This document shows, piece by piece, positions 1-10,252 of a stretch of 248,000 nucleotides of DNA. Positions within the stretch are counted from its first letter, which is position 1; each line of letters opens with the position of its first letter. This stretch comes from Hyalangium minutum (lineage in GTDB: Bacteria > Myxococcota > Myxococcia > Myxococcales > Myxococcaceae): the NCBI RefSeq assembly GCF_000737315.1, contig NZ_JMCB01000001.1, positions 20,001 to 268,000 of the forward strand, read 5' to 3'. A program made the translations under genes and the position numbers. A model generated the notes under the pieces. It had not been told where the DNA came from, did not search any database, and was given only the letters and a program-made list of their open reading frames with translations.

Positions 1-112
1 AACTGCGGAAGGGCAGAGGAGGCCGAGCTGGACGACAAGGCTACCACGCGCGGGAGCCGTGGACGCCGAGGTTCCGGAAGATCTTTGCCAAGGCGGGAAT
101 ACGGAAACGGCG

Positions 113-178
113 CTCGACCGAGTTGGAGCGCTCTCGCCAAAAGCTCCGAGCGGCGGGTTCGATTCCCGCCGCCTCCAC
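113..178 (+). repeat. tmRNA/tRNA 3'-end-like repeat, copy 1 (attR-like)
   Basis: gcggg-ttcgatt-cccgc T-arm followed by cgcctccac; the upstream ~40 bp also match the copies at 226.5 kb and (in part) 230.9 kb. Confidence 0.7.
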
Positions 179-222
179 TGAGCCTCGTAGCGCCAGTGCC
201 TGGAGGTCAGTGCCAACGGCGC

Positions 223-1617
223 TCAGGCTCCGAAGGACTGCGTGAGGCGCGCAATGGCTCCGGGCAGGCCGCGCACGCGGAGCTTGCGCCCGCTCTCATC
301 GAAGGACTCGGAGAGCACCGTCGTGTGCTCGTACACCTCGCTGATGCGCGACTGGGAGGCGTAGGGGATCACCAGGTCCGCATCGACCATGGAGGCCGCG
401 AAGGCGCTCAGGATGCGCTCGCGCAGGAGCCCCACGTCCTCTGGCCGGTGCGCGGAGAGCAGCATCGCCTCCGGGTGGCGCGAGCGCAGCGCCTCTTGTG
501 CCGCCGCATCCAGCCGGTCCACCTTGTTGAAGAGCAGCTGGCTCGGGACGGCGTCCGCTCCGATCTCCCGCAGCACCGTGCGGGTGACCTCCAGCTGCGT
601 GTTCCAGGTGGGATCGGACGCATCCACCACGTACAGCAGCAGCGAAGCCTCGAGCGCCTCGTCGAGCGTGGAGCGGAAGGAGGCGACGAGATCATGCGGC
701 AGCTTCTGGATGAAGCCCACCGTGTCCGAGACGAGCACGCGCGGACGGCTCTCTGGCTGCAGGGCCCGCACCGTGGTGTCGAGGGTGGCGAAGAGCTGGT
801 CGGCCACCAGCACCTCACTGCCGGTCAGGGCGCGCATCAGCGAGGACTTGCCTGCGTTGGTGTAGCCGACCAGCGCCACGCGCAGCTGGTCGCGGCGCGC
901 GTAGCGGCGCTGGTCCTGGTCCTTCTGGATGGCGGCGAGCCCCTCGCGCAGCTCGGCGAGGCGGTCGCGAATCTTTCGGCGGTCGAGCTCCACGGCGGAG
1001 TCCCCGGAGCCGCGGCCCTGCTGCCGCTCCCTTCCTCCGGTGGACTCGCGCAGGCGGGGCGCGAGGTAGTTAAGCCGGGCGATCTCCACCTGCATGCGCG
1101 CCTCGTGGCTGCGCGCGTGCCGGTGGAAGATGTCCACGATGACGCCTGTGCGATCCAGCACCTGCGCCCCGGTGGCCTTCTCCAGGTTGCGCAGCTGGCT
1201 CGGGGAGAGCTCGTGGTCCACGACTACAATCGTGGGGCGCTGCGCCACCTCGCCTGGGGCGTCCTCCGCGGGCGGTGCGGCCTCCTCGTCTCCGGGCTCC
1301 TCGTGTGCTGCGTCCGCGGACTCCCAGCGCTCGCGCGCCTTCGATGTCCGCTCCTGCGCGCCGGATGCGATGACGCCGCTGCCGCCGGTGAGCTGCGCCA
1401 GCTCCTTGAGCTTGCCGGTGCCCAGCACCGTCCCGGAAGCCAGCCCCTCGCGGCGCTGGCTCACGGTGGCCACCGCGTCGTAGCCCAGGGTCTTTACCAG
1501 CCGGGCGAGTTCCGCGAGGTCTGCGGCGTGCTCCGCGTCCGAGACGTCGGGGAGTTGCACGCCGACGAGGACAGCAAGAGGACGGGCAGAGAGGGTCTTC
1601 GGCATGCAACTGCTCAT
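223..1617 (-). CDS. hflX: GTPase HflX
   Basis: GYTNAGKSS P-loop, DQLFATLD, DTVGFI and NKVD motifs. Confidence 0.93.
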   Translation of the reverse strand: MSSCMPKTLSARPLAVLVGVQLPDVSDAEHAADLAELARLVKTLGYDAVATVSQRREGLASGTVLGTGKLKELAQLTGGSGVIASGAQERTSKARERWESADAAHEEPGDEEAAPPAEDAPGEVAQRPTIVVVDHELSPSQLRNLEKATGAQVLDRTGVIVDIFHRHARSHEARMQVEIARLNYLAPRLRESTGGRERQQGRGSGDSAVELDRRKIRDRLAELREGLAAIQKDQDQRRYARRDQLRVALVGYTNAGKSSLMRALTGSEVLVADQLFATLDTTVRALQPESRPRVLVSDTVGFIQKLPHDLVASFRSTLDEALEASLLLYVVDASDPTWNTQLEVTRTVLREIGADAVPSQLLFNKVDRLDAAAQEALRSRHPEAMLLSAHRPEDVGLLRERILSAFAASMVDADLVIPYASQSRISEVYEHTTVLSESFDESGRKLRVRGLPGAIARLTQSFGA

Positions 1618-1780
1618 ACCACGCCGTTCCGCGTCAACGTGGTGGCGTCCGCGCCGCCCCCCGGTGCGTCCGAGGCCCTGCGCGACATCGAGGTGGACAA
1701 GCTCCGCCCATAGCGAGCCCTCGTCTGCCCCCTCGCTTGCGCGGGCACAGCCATCCGTTCGTGGCTATCTAAACGGTGTC

Positions 1781-2173
1781 ATGGATGGTGGCGCACCCGA
1801 ATCTCCGCTTTCGCTTCTCTGCCGCGGCTGCGGCCTGTGCTGCGATGGCAGCCTCTTCAGCCATGTCGGGCTAGAGCCCGAGGAAGTCGGCCAGCTCCAC
1901 GCACTGGGAATTCCCACGCGGACCCTTCGCAGCGGTACGGAGGTGCTTCCGCAGAGGTGCTCCGCGCTCAAGGGCCGCGACTGTGGGATCTACGCAGCCC
2001 GTCCGGCGAGCTGCGCTGCGTATCACTGCGTGCTCGCTGCCTCTCTCCTCGAGGACCGGGTCACCCTAGAGGAGGCACAGGCCATCGTGAAAAAGGCACA
2101 GCGCCTCATTGCGGACGGTCACGCCCGAAGATTTCTGCGACAACAGTTCCGCGGCCGCAAAGGGCTCGACTGA
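1781..2173 (+). CDS. YkgJ-family cysteine cluster protein
   Basis: CxxCGxCC ... C ... C.IY..RP.SC..Y.C pattern. Confidence 0.8.
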   Translation: MDGGAPESPLSLLCRGCGLCCDGSLFSHVGLEPEEVGQLHALGIPTRTLRSGTEVLPQRCSALKGRDCGIYAARPASCAAYHCVLAASLLEDRVTLEEAQAIVKKAQRLIADGHARRFLRQQFRGRKGLD

Positions 2174-2230
2174 TCCTGCCTCGCCTCCGCCACCTGCTGA
2201 GCATCCCCAGTGACTCTGTCGGCGTGCTGC

Positions 2231-5200
2231 TCACGGGGTGACACGCTCCCGGCGGCGGCGACGCCCTGCCCAGGTGGCGAGGGCCGATAGCACGGCCAGC
2301 GCCGCGCCCGCGCCTCCACCGTCGGCCTGACAGCCGCAGCCGCTACTCGACTCCTCCCAGGCCTGAACGGTGACGTTGAACGAGCACTGCGCGGCGTTTC
2401 CGGCGGCGTCCGTCGCGGTGACGGTGACGCGGGTCTCCCCCTGAGGAAAGAGGGAGCCGGACTCCGGCGACGCGGTCACCGTCGGATTCGCGGTGATGAC
2501 GTCGGTCGCGGTGGCGGGGGGATACGACACCAGCGCCCCCGCCGGCCCCGTCGCCTCCACGACCAGGTCCACCGGGCAGGTGATGTCCGGAGGCGTCTGG
2601 TCGACCACGCCGAGCGTCACGGTGGCGACGTTGCTGTCCAGACCGCAGTCCCGCACCCGGAAGGTGAAGCTGTCCGGCCCCGAGTAGCCCGAGGCGGGCG
2701 TGTACGTGACGGAGGGCGGCGTACCGCTCAGCGTCCCGTGAGCTGGAGGGGTGACGATGACGAAGGTCAGCGGAGGTCCCGCCTCGGCATCCGTCGCCAC
2801 CAGCGACAGATTCACGGGCACACCGTACGGCGTGGAGCCCGTCAGGTCCTGCGCCACCGGCGCGGTGTTCTGCACCACCCTCACCATCCGCCCGCCGCCT
2901 ATCGCGTTGGCGAAGACGGAGAGCACATAGGCACCCGGCGTCGCGCTGGCGGGAATGGACACCGTCACGCCCGTGGCGGACATCTCGGTGCCCGGCAACG
3001 TCCAGAGCCGGCGCCCCTCGGACGCCTGCAACCGCACCAGCGGGAAGTTCGTCGCGGAGTCCCTGAAGTCTCCCATGCTGGCTCCGGAGATGCCCCGGAA
3101 CAGCGTCCCGGTGATGCGCGCAGGACAGGCGCTCACCATCTCGTCGAGTCCCGTCACCACCGAACGCCAAGCCGGCTGCCCCCCGGTGTCCTCGTACAGC
3201 TCAGCGCTTGACAGCCACACGCCCCCGGCGCCCTGCCCTCCCAGCGCGAGCACCTCGCTCGAGGGCAGCACGACGGTGTCGAAGCGCAGCCGCTGGGCAG
3301 CGAGGCCCGACACGGGCTTCCAGGTGTTCGTCGCGCCGTCGTACAGCTCCGCGGTGGCGAGCACCGTGCTCCCGGGCCCCTGCCCTCCCGCGACGAGGAC
3401 CCGGCCGGAGGGCAGCAGCGAGGCCGAATGGAGTGCGCGCGCGCCAGCCAGTGTCCCCGCCGGGGCCCAGGTGTTGGAGACCGGGTCATACACCTCAGCC
3501 GACGCCAGCGCCGTCGCGAGCGAGGTCCCCGCCACCGCCAGCACCCGGCCCGACGGCAGCAGCGTCAGGGTGAAGGAGGCCCGTGCCTGCGAGAGACCCG
3601 CAGCAGGGGCCCACGTGTTGGAGGCCGGGTCATACAGCTCCGCCGAGGCCAGCGGCACGCCCCCGTTCTCGCCACCCGCCACCAGGACCCGGCCGTCGTG
3701 CAGCAGCACGGCCGCGTGACGCAAGCGAGGCGTGGCGGCCGGCCCGGCAGAGCTCCACACGTTCGCAACCGGGTCATACAGCTCCGCCGTCCCCGTGCCC
3801 GCCCCCCCCACGACGAGCACCCGGCCCGAGCCAAGCACCGTCGCGGTGTGCCCATCCCTGGCGGTCGTCATCGAGCCTGCGGGCGTCCAGGTATCGGCCA
3901 CGGGATCGTACAGCTCCGCCGAGGCCAGTGGCCCCACGCCATTCTCACCTCCGACAGCGAGCACCCGGCCGGACGGCAGCAGGCGCAGCGTTGCGCGCTC
4001 GCGCGCGGTGGTCATGGAGGCGGCGGGAGCCCAGGCGTTGCTCGCGCGAGTGTAGCGCTCCGCCGTCCCGAGCACGCCACTCGCGCCCCGGCCTCCCGCG
4101 ACCAGCACCTCTCCCGACGGCAGCAGCACGGCCGCGGAGCCCCGGCCCTGCACGAGATTGCCGGCCGGAGCCCAGCGGTTGCTGGAGGACTCATAAAGCT
4201 CCACGTTCGCATAGAAGGTCAGGCTCGGGTTCGAGCTGTAGCCCCCCATGACGAGCACCTGACCGGTCGTCAGCAGGGTGGCGGTGGCATTGTCGCGAGC
4301 CACCGCCAGCGTACCGGCGGCGGCCCAGGTCCCCGTCGCAGGGTCATACAGCTCCGACACGGGCTGCGGGTTGCGCGCCCCGTCCGAGCCACCCTGGACC
4401 AGGACCTTGCCATTGGGCAGAAGAGTGGCCGTGTGCCCATTTCGCGGATGGATGAGCGCGCCGGTGGCTGTCCACGTGTTGGCCACCGGGTCATAGAGCT
4501 CCGCGTGGGTGGTGACCCCCGCGCTCGTGAAGCCTCCCGCGAAGAGGACACGGCCATCGGGGAGCATCGTCGCGGTCGCATAGTGCCGGGGAACCAGGGG
4601 AGGCGCCGCCAGCGACCAGGTCCCTGCGGCGGGGTCATAGAACTCCGCGACGGGCACCTCGCCCGAGACGTTGTTGAAGCCGCTGACCACCAGCACCCGG
4701 CCGTCCCTCAGCGAGGTGGCGGTGTGGGCCCGGCGGGCGACGGACATGGAGCCTGTGGCGGTGAAGGTGTTCGTCGCGGCGTCGTAGAGCTCTGCCGTGC
4801 TCAGGTTGGAGCCTCCCGCGACGAGCACCTGCCCCGAGGACAGGAGGGTGAGGGTGCTCAGGCTGCGAGGTGCGGACATCGCCCCCGTGGCGGACCAGGT
4901 GTTCGTCGCGGCGTCATGGAGGCGTGCCGACTGGCTGCCGTCCGTGACGATGAAAGCCTTCCCGGTGGGAAGCAGGACACCCGACATGATGTTGCCCTGG
5001 ATGCCGGGACTTCCGGCGGAGGCCCAGGTGCCGGTCTCAGGGTCGAAGCGCTCGGCGGCACTCACGAACCCGTTCCGGTTGACGCCGCCCGCCACCAGGA
5101 TGCTGCCATCGGGCAGGAGCAGCGAGACGTGCTGGGCCCTCGCGCCCGCCATGCTGGCCGTCGACGACCAGCCCGGGGCCGCCACCACGTCGGCGGCAAG

Positions 5201-5335
5201 CTCGGGGAAGGAGGCCCGCGCCAGGGAGACGGCCTCCGCCGAGGACGGCAGAGTGCCCTTCTCCTCGCATGCGAGGACGAAGACACCGCAGAGCACCACG
5301 AAGATGAGGCGGCCCGAGCTCCAACCTGATTGCAT
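2231..5335 (-). CDS. Kelch-repeat surface protein with Ig/HYR domain and MYXO-CTERM tail
   Basis: many GRVLVAGG...AELYDP repeats; C-terminal GCGC + TM + RRRR. Confidence 0.85.
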   Translation of the reverse strand: MQSGWSSGRLIFVVLCGVFVLACEEKGTLPSSAEAVSLARASFPELAADVVAAPGWSSTASMAGARAQHVSLLLPDGSILVAGGVNRNGFVSAAERFDPETGTWASAGSPGIQGNIMSGVLLPTGKAFIVTDGSQSARLHDAATNTWSATGAMSAPRSLSTLTLLSSGQVLVAGGSNLSTAELYDAATNTFTATGSMSVARRAHTATSLRDGRVLVVSGFNNVSGEVPVAEFYDPAAGTWSLAAPPLVPRHYATATMLPDGRVLFAGGFTSAGVTTHAELYDPVANTWTATGALIHPRNGHTATLLPNGKVLVQGGSDGARNPQPVSELYDPATGTWAAAGTLAVARDNATATLLTTGQVLVMGGYSSNPSLTFYANVELYESSSNRWAPAGNLVQGRGSAAVLLPSGEVLVAGGRGASGVLGTAERYTRASNAWAPAASMTTARERATLRLLPSGRVLAVGGENGVGPLASAELYDPVADTWTPAGSMTTARDGHTATVLGSGRVLVVGGAGTGTAELYDPVANVWSSAGPAATPRLRHAAVLLHDGRVLVAGGENGGVPLASAELYDPASNTWAPAAGLSQARASFTLTLLPSGRVLAVAGTSLATALASAEVYDPVSNTWAPAGTLAGARALHSASLLPSGRVLVAGGQGPGSTVLATAELYDGATNTWKPVSGLAAQRLRFDTVVLPSSEVLALGGQGAGGVWLSSAELYEDTGGQPAWRSVVTGLDEMVSACPARITGTLFRGISGASMGDFRDSATNFPLVRLQASEGRRLWTLPGTEMSATGVTVSIPASATPGAYVLSVFANAIGGGRMVRVVQNTAPVAQDLTGSTPYGVPVNLSLVATDAEAGPPLTFVIVTPPAHGTLSGTPPSVTYTPASGYSGPDSFTFRVRDCGLDSNVATVTLGVVDQTPPDITCPVDLVVEATGPAGALVSYPPATATDVITANPTVTASPESGSLFPQGETRVTVTATDAAGNAAQCSFNVTVQAWEESSSGCGCQADGGGAGAALAVLSALATWAGRRRRRERVTP

Positions 5336-5661
5336 TCGCCCTCCAGGCCCAGACCTGCGCCATGGGTTGACGCGCCGGGGGGCACGCCCCACGCGGAAGT
5401 CCTCCGCGTGTGACACAGCGTGTAGCACGCTCCGAGCGACTCCGGGTCCAGACTGACACGCTCCCCAGGCTGCTCCCGCCGGACTCGCTCCGGGGCACCA
5501 CGCTCAACCCGGAGGCACGTTTGGGGCCCCGTCTTCGTGGACTGGCCACGCTGCTGGAGGAGGCGAGTGACGAAATCCGCCGGCCACCGCGCATCGCGCG
5601 GACGGGTCGGGCATCTGACGGGCGCACGAAGGCGCGGGATTCAACCCTGGAGGACAACGGC

Positions 5662-6360
5662 ATGAAGATTGGAATTATTGGCGCGGGCTTGATTGGCGGG
5701 ACCCTGGCCCGGCGCTGGGTGCAGCTGGGGCATGACGTGTCCATCGCGAACTCGCGCGGGCCGGAGACGCTCAAGGACGTGGCGAAGGAGACGGGCGCGA
5801 AGGCCGTCACCGTCCAGGAGGCGGCCAAGGCGACCGACGTCATCGTGGTGACCATCCCCCAGAAGGCGGTGCCCGCGCTGCCCAAGGGCCTCTTCGCGAA
5901 CACGCCCAAGGACGCGGTGATCATCGACACGGGCAATTACTACCCCGTGCGCGACGGCCAGATTCAGGCGCTCGACAACGGCCAGGTGGAGAGCGAGTGG
6001 GTCGCGTCGCTCATCGGCCGTCCGGTCATCAAGGTCTTCAACAATATCTTCTTCAAGAGCCTGGGCGAGAATGGCAGGCCCCAGGGCACGCCGGGGCGCA
6101 TCGCGCTGCCGGTCGCGGGGGACTCGCCGGAGGCCAAGGCCAAGGTGCTCAAGTGGGTGGAGGAGCTGGGCTTCGACGCCATCGACGCTGGCAGCCTCGC
6201 CGACTCCTGGCGCCAGCAGCCCGGCACCCCCGTCTACACGCAGGACAGGGACGCCGCGGGCGTGAAGGCGGCCCTGGCCGAGGCAAAGCGCGAGCGCCTG
6301 CCGGAGTACCGCAACGCCGCCAACCAGTGGCTGAAGGACTTCCTCGCCAAGCAGGGCTGA
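5662..6360 (+). CDS. NADP oxidoreductase, F420-dependent reductase family
   Basis: MKIGIIGAGLIG Rossmann fold, ANSRGP, IDTGNYYP, VIKVFN. Confidence 0.85.
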   Translation: MKIGIIGAGLIGGTLARRWVQLGHDVSIANSRGPETLKDVAKETGAKAVTVQEAAKATDVIVVTIPQKAVPALPKGLFANTPKDAVIIDTGNYYPVRDGQIQALDNGQVESEWVASLIGRPVIKVFNNIFFKSLGENGRPQGTPGRIALPVAGDSPEAKAKVLKWVEELGFDAIDAGSLADSWRQQPGTPVYTQDRDAAGVKAALAEAKRERLPEYRNAANQWLKDFLAKQG

Positions 6361-6784
6361 GCGCTCACGCCAGCGGCTTGAGCACCGCGTAGTCGAATGG
6401 CGCGGCGGGCGGCATCGCGCAGGCCCACACGTCGAAGTCGAGTATGGCGCTCGTCGCGTTCCCACAGGGATTGACGTGGCCAGGGGACGCGATGGGGTGG
6501 CTGGGGGTGGCCTACGTCTGGAGGAGCCGCGCCTTCCCGGCGGAGCGCAGTCCTCGTGTTGCGTCTCCTCCAGCAGCGCCAGTGGTTCGCCGCGTCAGAG
6601 CAGCTCGAGGATGGCTCTGCCGCGGGTGGGCACCCCGCAGCCTGCGGAATCTTTGCATCAATTTCTACCTCGTCGGCTCCCTCCAGCAAGCGGGGCCCGC
6701 TCAGTCCAAAGGAATGGACTCGGGACACGCGGAACACCCACCCTTGCATGTCACACCCTGCCCCAGGGCAGAGGGAGGTCGAAA

Positions 6785-7360
6785 ATGAGGAAGTCCATCG
6801 CAGCCATGTTCACCCTGGCGATAGCGCTCATCTCCACGGGAGTCAGCGCCCAGACACTCCAGGCCAATCAGGCCCTGATGGCGGGCCAGCAGATCTACTC
6901 CTCGAATGGGAATTACAAGCTCGTCCTGCAGGCCAGTGACGGGAACCTGGTCGTGTATCGCGTCAGCACCAACGCCGTGATCTGGGCCACGAATGTCCTC
7001 GGCAGTGTCAGCAGCAACACGGGCGCGGTCATGCAGACTGACCGGAACTTTGTTGTTTATGGAGACATCACAAATCCTGCCAGCTATCGCTGGAATTCTG
7101 GGACGGGCGCTGCTGTCGTGGACACCGCCGCCTACCTCAAGCTGGGGGATGATGGCTCTTTGACCATCTATTCGGGTGCTGGGCTGAAGGTCTGGAGCAC
7201 GCCTGGGGAAGCGTGTCCTAACGGCGGCAGACTCGAATTGTATCCGGTGTGTGCTTACCCTGGGCCATTCCAACAAACCGTGCCGGTGCCTGCCTGCAAT
7301 TGGTCCGAGGCCGCCGCCTCTGCAGCCAGCATGAATGGCTACGTGGGGCCTTGCCGATAG
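6785..7360 (+). CDS. Secreted bulb-type (B-) lectin domain protein
   Basis: signal peptide; YKLVLQASDGNLVVY, MQTDRNFVVY and LGDDGSLTIY QxDGNxVxY-like repeats; Cys-containing tail. Confidence 0.8.
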   Translation: MRKSIAAMFTLAIALISTGVSAQTLQANQALMAGQQIYSSNGNYKLVLQASDGNLVVYRVSTNAVIWATNVLGSVSSNTGAVMQTDRNFVVYGDITNPASYRWNSGTGAAVVDTAAYLKLGDDGSLTIYSGAGLKVWSTPGEACPNGGRLELYPVCAYPGPFQQTVPVPACNWSEAAASAASMNGYVGPCR

Positions 7361-7621
7361 TCCCTCGATCTGCCCGGCGCCCACGCCGCGCCCCGGACCG
7401 CAGCAGCCTGTATGCCCGCAAAGGAATACTGGCTGCTCAAGGGGCGCAGCATCACTTGCATCAGAGTGCTGTCCCTGATTGATGCGGCCAGCGCAGCATC
7501 GCCTCGCAGCGCGCCTCGGCGGTGAGCTGACCGCCGGGCGCGCCGGATGAGGGCGCTAGACGGAGATCTCCTAATTGAAGATGTGGGAACTTGCTCCCTG
7601 CCCACTCTCAAGTCCCCGCTG

Positions 7622-9580
7622 TCAGTATTCCTGCTCGTAGACGAAGCGGAACTTCTGCTCCGTGAAGGGGCCGAACTTCACGTTCACGGTGGCATCCACG
7701 GACGTGGTGAACCGGGCCCGGTAGGTGAGCGCGGAGGGACAGGCCGGCTCGACAGCCGCGCGAGACACCTGGATGGGCGTGTTCGGGTTGGCCGGGTCGG
7801 ACACGGTGACCTCCACGTTCCGGTTCATGAAGAGGAAGTGGCTCCGCCAGGGAATCTGCATCCGGTTGAAGCCCTCGAAGGGAGAACTACTGGAGGCGAA
7901 GGTCACCTCGTAGTGCCCGTGATTCGTGTCGGCACGCGGACTGGAGTTGGCGCTCACCGAGGCGAGCACGGAGGTCGGCGTCACGGTGAGGGCATGCGCG
8001 CAGGCATGATCGAGCAGCGCGTTGTCGGACAGCGTGGCAAAGTCGAGTCGGCCGTTGGAGCCCACCGCCCCGAGCGTGGTGTCGAGCGGATTGCCCGCCA
8101 CATCCTTCAAGGACGTGAGGTCCAGGAAGTAGCCCGTGTTCCCGAGCAGCGGTAGCTGTCCGGAGGCCGCGGGGGTGATGGTGACCTTCAGCGTCCTCCC
8201 ATCCGTGGACCACTCGCCGGCGATCGTGCGGAACGAGTTGGGGCTGCCCGATTCAGCCAAGCGCACGCTGTTCACCGAGCGATCCATCGGCTCGTTGAAG
8301 CCGAAGGTGAAGATCTTCCGGAGGGCCGTGGCCGGAGTGCCCCCCGTCGCGTAGACCTCGACGGGATAGACATCGGTGGTGCCATCCAGAACGTTGGAGC
8401 TGGAGACGTAGGGCTTGAGGGTGTCCGCGGCCACAGTGAAGTTGAGCGAGCCGTCCCCCAGGTAGGGCGCCGGATCGAACGGGTTGCCCGCCCGGTCCTT
8501 GAAGCCCGAGAGATCCACCTTCATGGTGGCCGTGGGGCGCAGCTTGAACTGCACGTCATACGTGGCGACGAAGCCGTCCGAGGACCAGCTCGGCGTCAGC
8601 AGCGTGCGGGTGCTGCGCTCCACATCCACCAGCTCGGCCTTGCCCACGCCCTGGGCGGTATCCATGGGCTCGCTGAAGGTGATCACCACGAAGCGCGTGC
8701 TGTCGTACGGCACACTCGTAGCGGCCTCGCGCGGAGAGCCCTCGCGCACCGTGGGGCGGATGAGGTCCGGCCCCGTGCCGAAGTCCAGCTTGCCGTCCCC
8801 CAGGTAGGGCGCGCCATCAAACGCCTTCAGGTTGGCGTTGCGGAAGTTGTCCAGCCGCACCGAGTAGAGCCCGTTGTTGACGAGCGGGCTGGTGATGGGC
8901 GCCTTGAGGGACTGGTTGCCCACCCAGGTATAGGCCCCCAGGCTCAGGCCGCCGCCCGGCACCAATGTCCCCACAGTGATGTCCATGGGCTGGTTGAAGT
9001 TGAGGGTGATCTCGTTGGTGGCCAGGGCCACGCTGCTGGCGCCCTCCGCGGGGATGGAGGTGGACACGGCCGGCGCCACGCCATCGCTCACCGTGAAGGA
9101 GAAGCTGCGCACGCCCTGCATGGGGTTGCCGAACGCGTCCGCGAAGTTGGCGATGCTCACCATCAGCGTCTTCCGGAGCGGCAGCCCCTGAGGGAACGCG
9201 AACCGCACCGTATGCACGGTGGGGTCCCAGTCCTGAGGGCTGGCCACCAGCACGCCGTTGTTCGGCAGGCCCGTGCCGGGGATGAGCTGCAGGGTGCCTC
9301 GGTTGGGCTGCATCGCCTCGTTGAACGTCACCTCGACCATCGTCTCCGGAGGCACGCCCGTGGCGTCCTTCTCCGGCTGATGGGTGATGACGACCGGCGG
9401 CTGCAGATCCACCGGCCCGGCGTCCGGCGGCCCGGCATCCGGTGGGCCCGCGTCCGGCAGGGGAGGAGGCGGCTGGGTCCCCGCATCTGGGACAGGCGGG
9501 GGATCATCCCCTCCACAGCCCGTGGACAGTGCCAGGGCGTGGAAGGCGGCGCACAGAACGAAGATGGAGAGACGGCGCAT
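7622..9580 (-). CDS. Ig-like (Big_5-type) repeat lipoprotein
   Basis: lipobox STGC; repeated P.V....P...A..V....I.V.F.EPM...D.AGN units. Confidence 0.75.
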   Translation of the reverse strand: MRRLSIFVLCAAFHALALSTGCGGDDPPPVPDAGTQPPPPLPDAGPPDAGPPDAGPVDLQPPVVITHQPEKDATGVPPETMVEVTFNEAMQPNRGTLQLIPGTGLPNNGVLVASPQDWDPTVHTVRFAFPQGLPLRKTLMVSIANFADAFGNPMQGVRSFSFTVSDGVAPAVSTSIPAEGASSVALATNEITLNFNQPMDITVGTLVPGGGLSLGAYTWVGNQSLKAPITSPLVNNGLYSVRLDNFRNANLKAFDGAPYLGDGKLDFGTGPDLIRPTVREGSPREAATSVPYDSTRFVVITFSEPMDTAQGVGKAELVDVERSTRTLLTPSWSSDGFVATYDVQFKLRPTATMKVDLSGFKDRAGNPFDPAPYLGDGSLNFTVAADTLKPYVSSSNVLDGTTDVYPVEVYATGGTPATALRKIFTFGFNEPMDRSVNSVRLAESGSPNSFRTIAGEWSTDGRTLKVTITPAASGQLPLLGNTGYFLDLTSLKDVAGNPLDTTLGAVGSNGRLDFATLSDNALLDHACAHALTVTPTSVLASVSANSSPRADTNHGHYEVTFASSSSPFEGFNRMQIPWRSHFLFMNRNVEVTVSDPANPNTPIQVSRAAVEPACPSALTYRARFTTSVDATVNVKFGPFTEQKFRFVYEQEY

Positions 9581-9634
9581 GGGGGTAGCACTCCTCGCGA
9601 ACGGGCGGGGACGCTACCAGCAATGCCCCGCGCG

Positions 9635-10150
9635 TCAGAAGTAGGCCGCTGCGCCCACGGAGCCCGTGAGCGACGACTGCGTCTTCTCGTTGAGGGCGAT
9701 GTAGAAGTTGTACTGCCCTCTCAATCCCAGGCTCACCGTATCCGTGACGAAGAAGTCGAAGCCCAGGTTGGGCCCGAGCCCCACGTACTGCCCGGTGGCC
9801 CCCTCGCGGAAGACCAGCAGGTAGCTCAGGTCCGTGCCCGCGTAGGGCCGGAAGGACTCCTCCATGAAGAGGTAGCGGATGCCGATGGACGGCGCCAGCG
9901 CCACCACCCGCTTGCCCGTACCCGGGTCCCTCGGGAAGGAGAGCTTCGTCAGCGACACCAGGTCGAAGCCGCTCTCGATGTAGTAGCTGCCGTCGAACCC
10001 GACGAAGAAGCCACCTTCGAGGCCGGCGGTGCGTTTGAAGTCCATATAGCCCAGGGACAACCCCAGGCTTCGGTTGGCGAACTGCGCATGGGCGGGGGCA
10101 GCCCCGAAGAGGACTGCGGCAAGACCAAGGGCACAGAGGAGCGTACGCAT
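9635..10150 (-). CDS. Outer-membrane beta-barrel protein
   Basis: signal peptide, amphipathic strands, C-terminal Phe; lies in the 3' part of ORF 9635..11158. Confidence 0.65.
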   Translation of the reverse strand: MRTLLCALGLAAVLFGAAPAHAQFANRSLGLSLGYMDFKRTAGLEGGFFVGFDGSYYIESGFDLVSLTKLSFPRDPGTGKRVVALAPSIGIRYLFMEESFRPYAGTDLSYLLVFREGATGQYVGLGPNLGFDFFVTDTVSLGLRGQYNFYIALNEKTQSSLTGSVGAAAYF

Positions 10151-10252
10151 GGTGGCCGCGACTCTACCGGCGTAACCCATGGAAAACAGCTTGGATTTTG
10201 CATCATGGGGCCGTTGATCGTCCCACACTTCCTCCCCTACACTCGCGCCGCC

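Noticed and set aside
113-178. tRNA or tmRNA gene
   Set aside because: Only the T-arm and 3' acceptor strand are present; no D-arm, anticodon arm, 5' acceptor strand or tag reading frame was found at any of the four copies.
6365-6470. Short minus-strand coding-like fragment (..DFDVWACAMPPAAPFDY..)
   Set aside because: Too short to assign; no start or family recognised.
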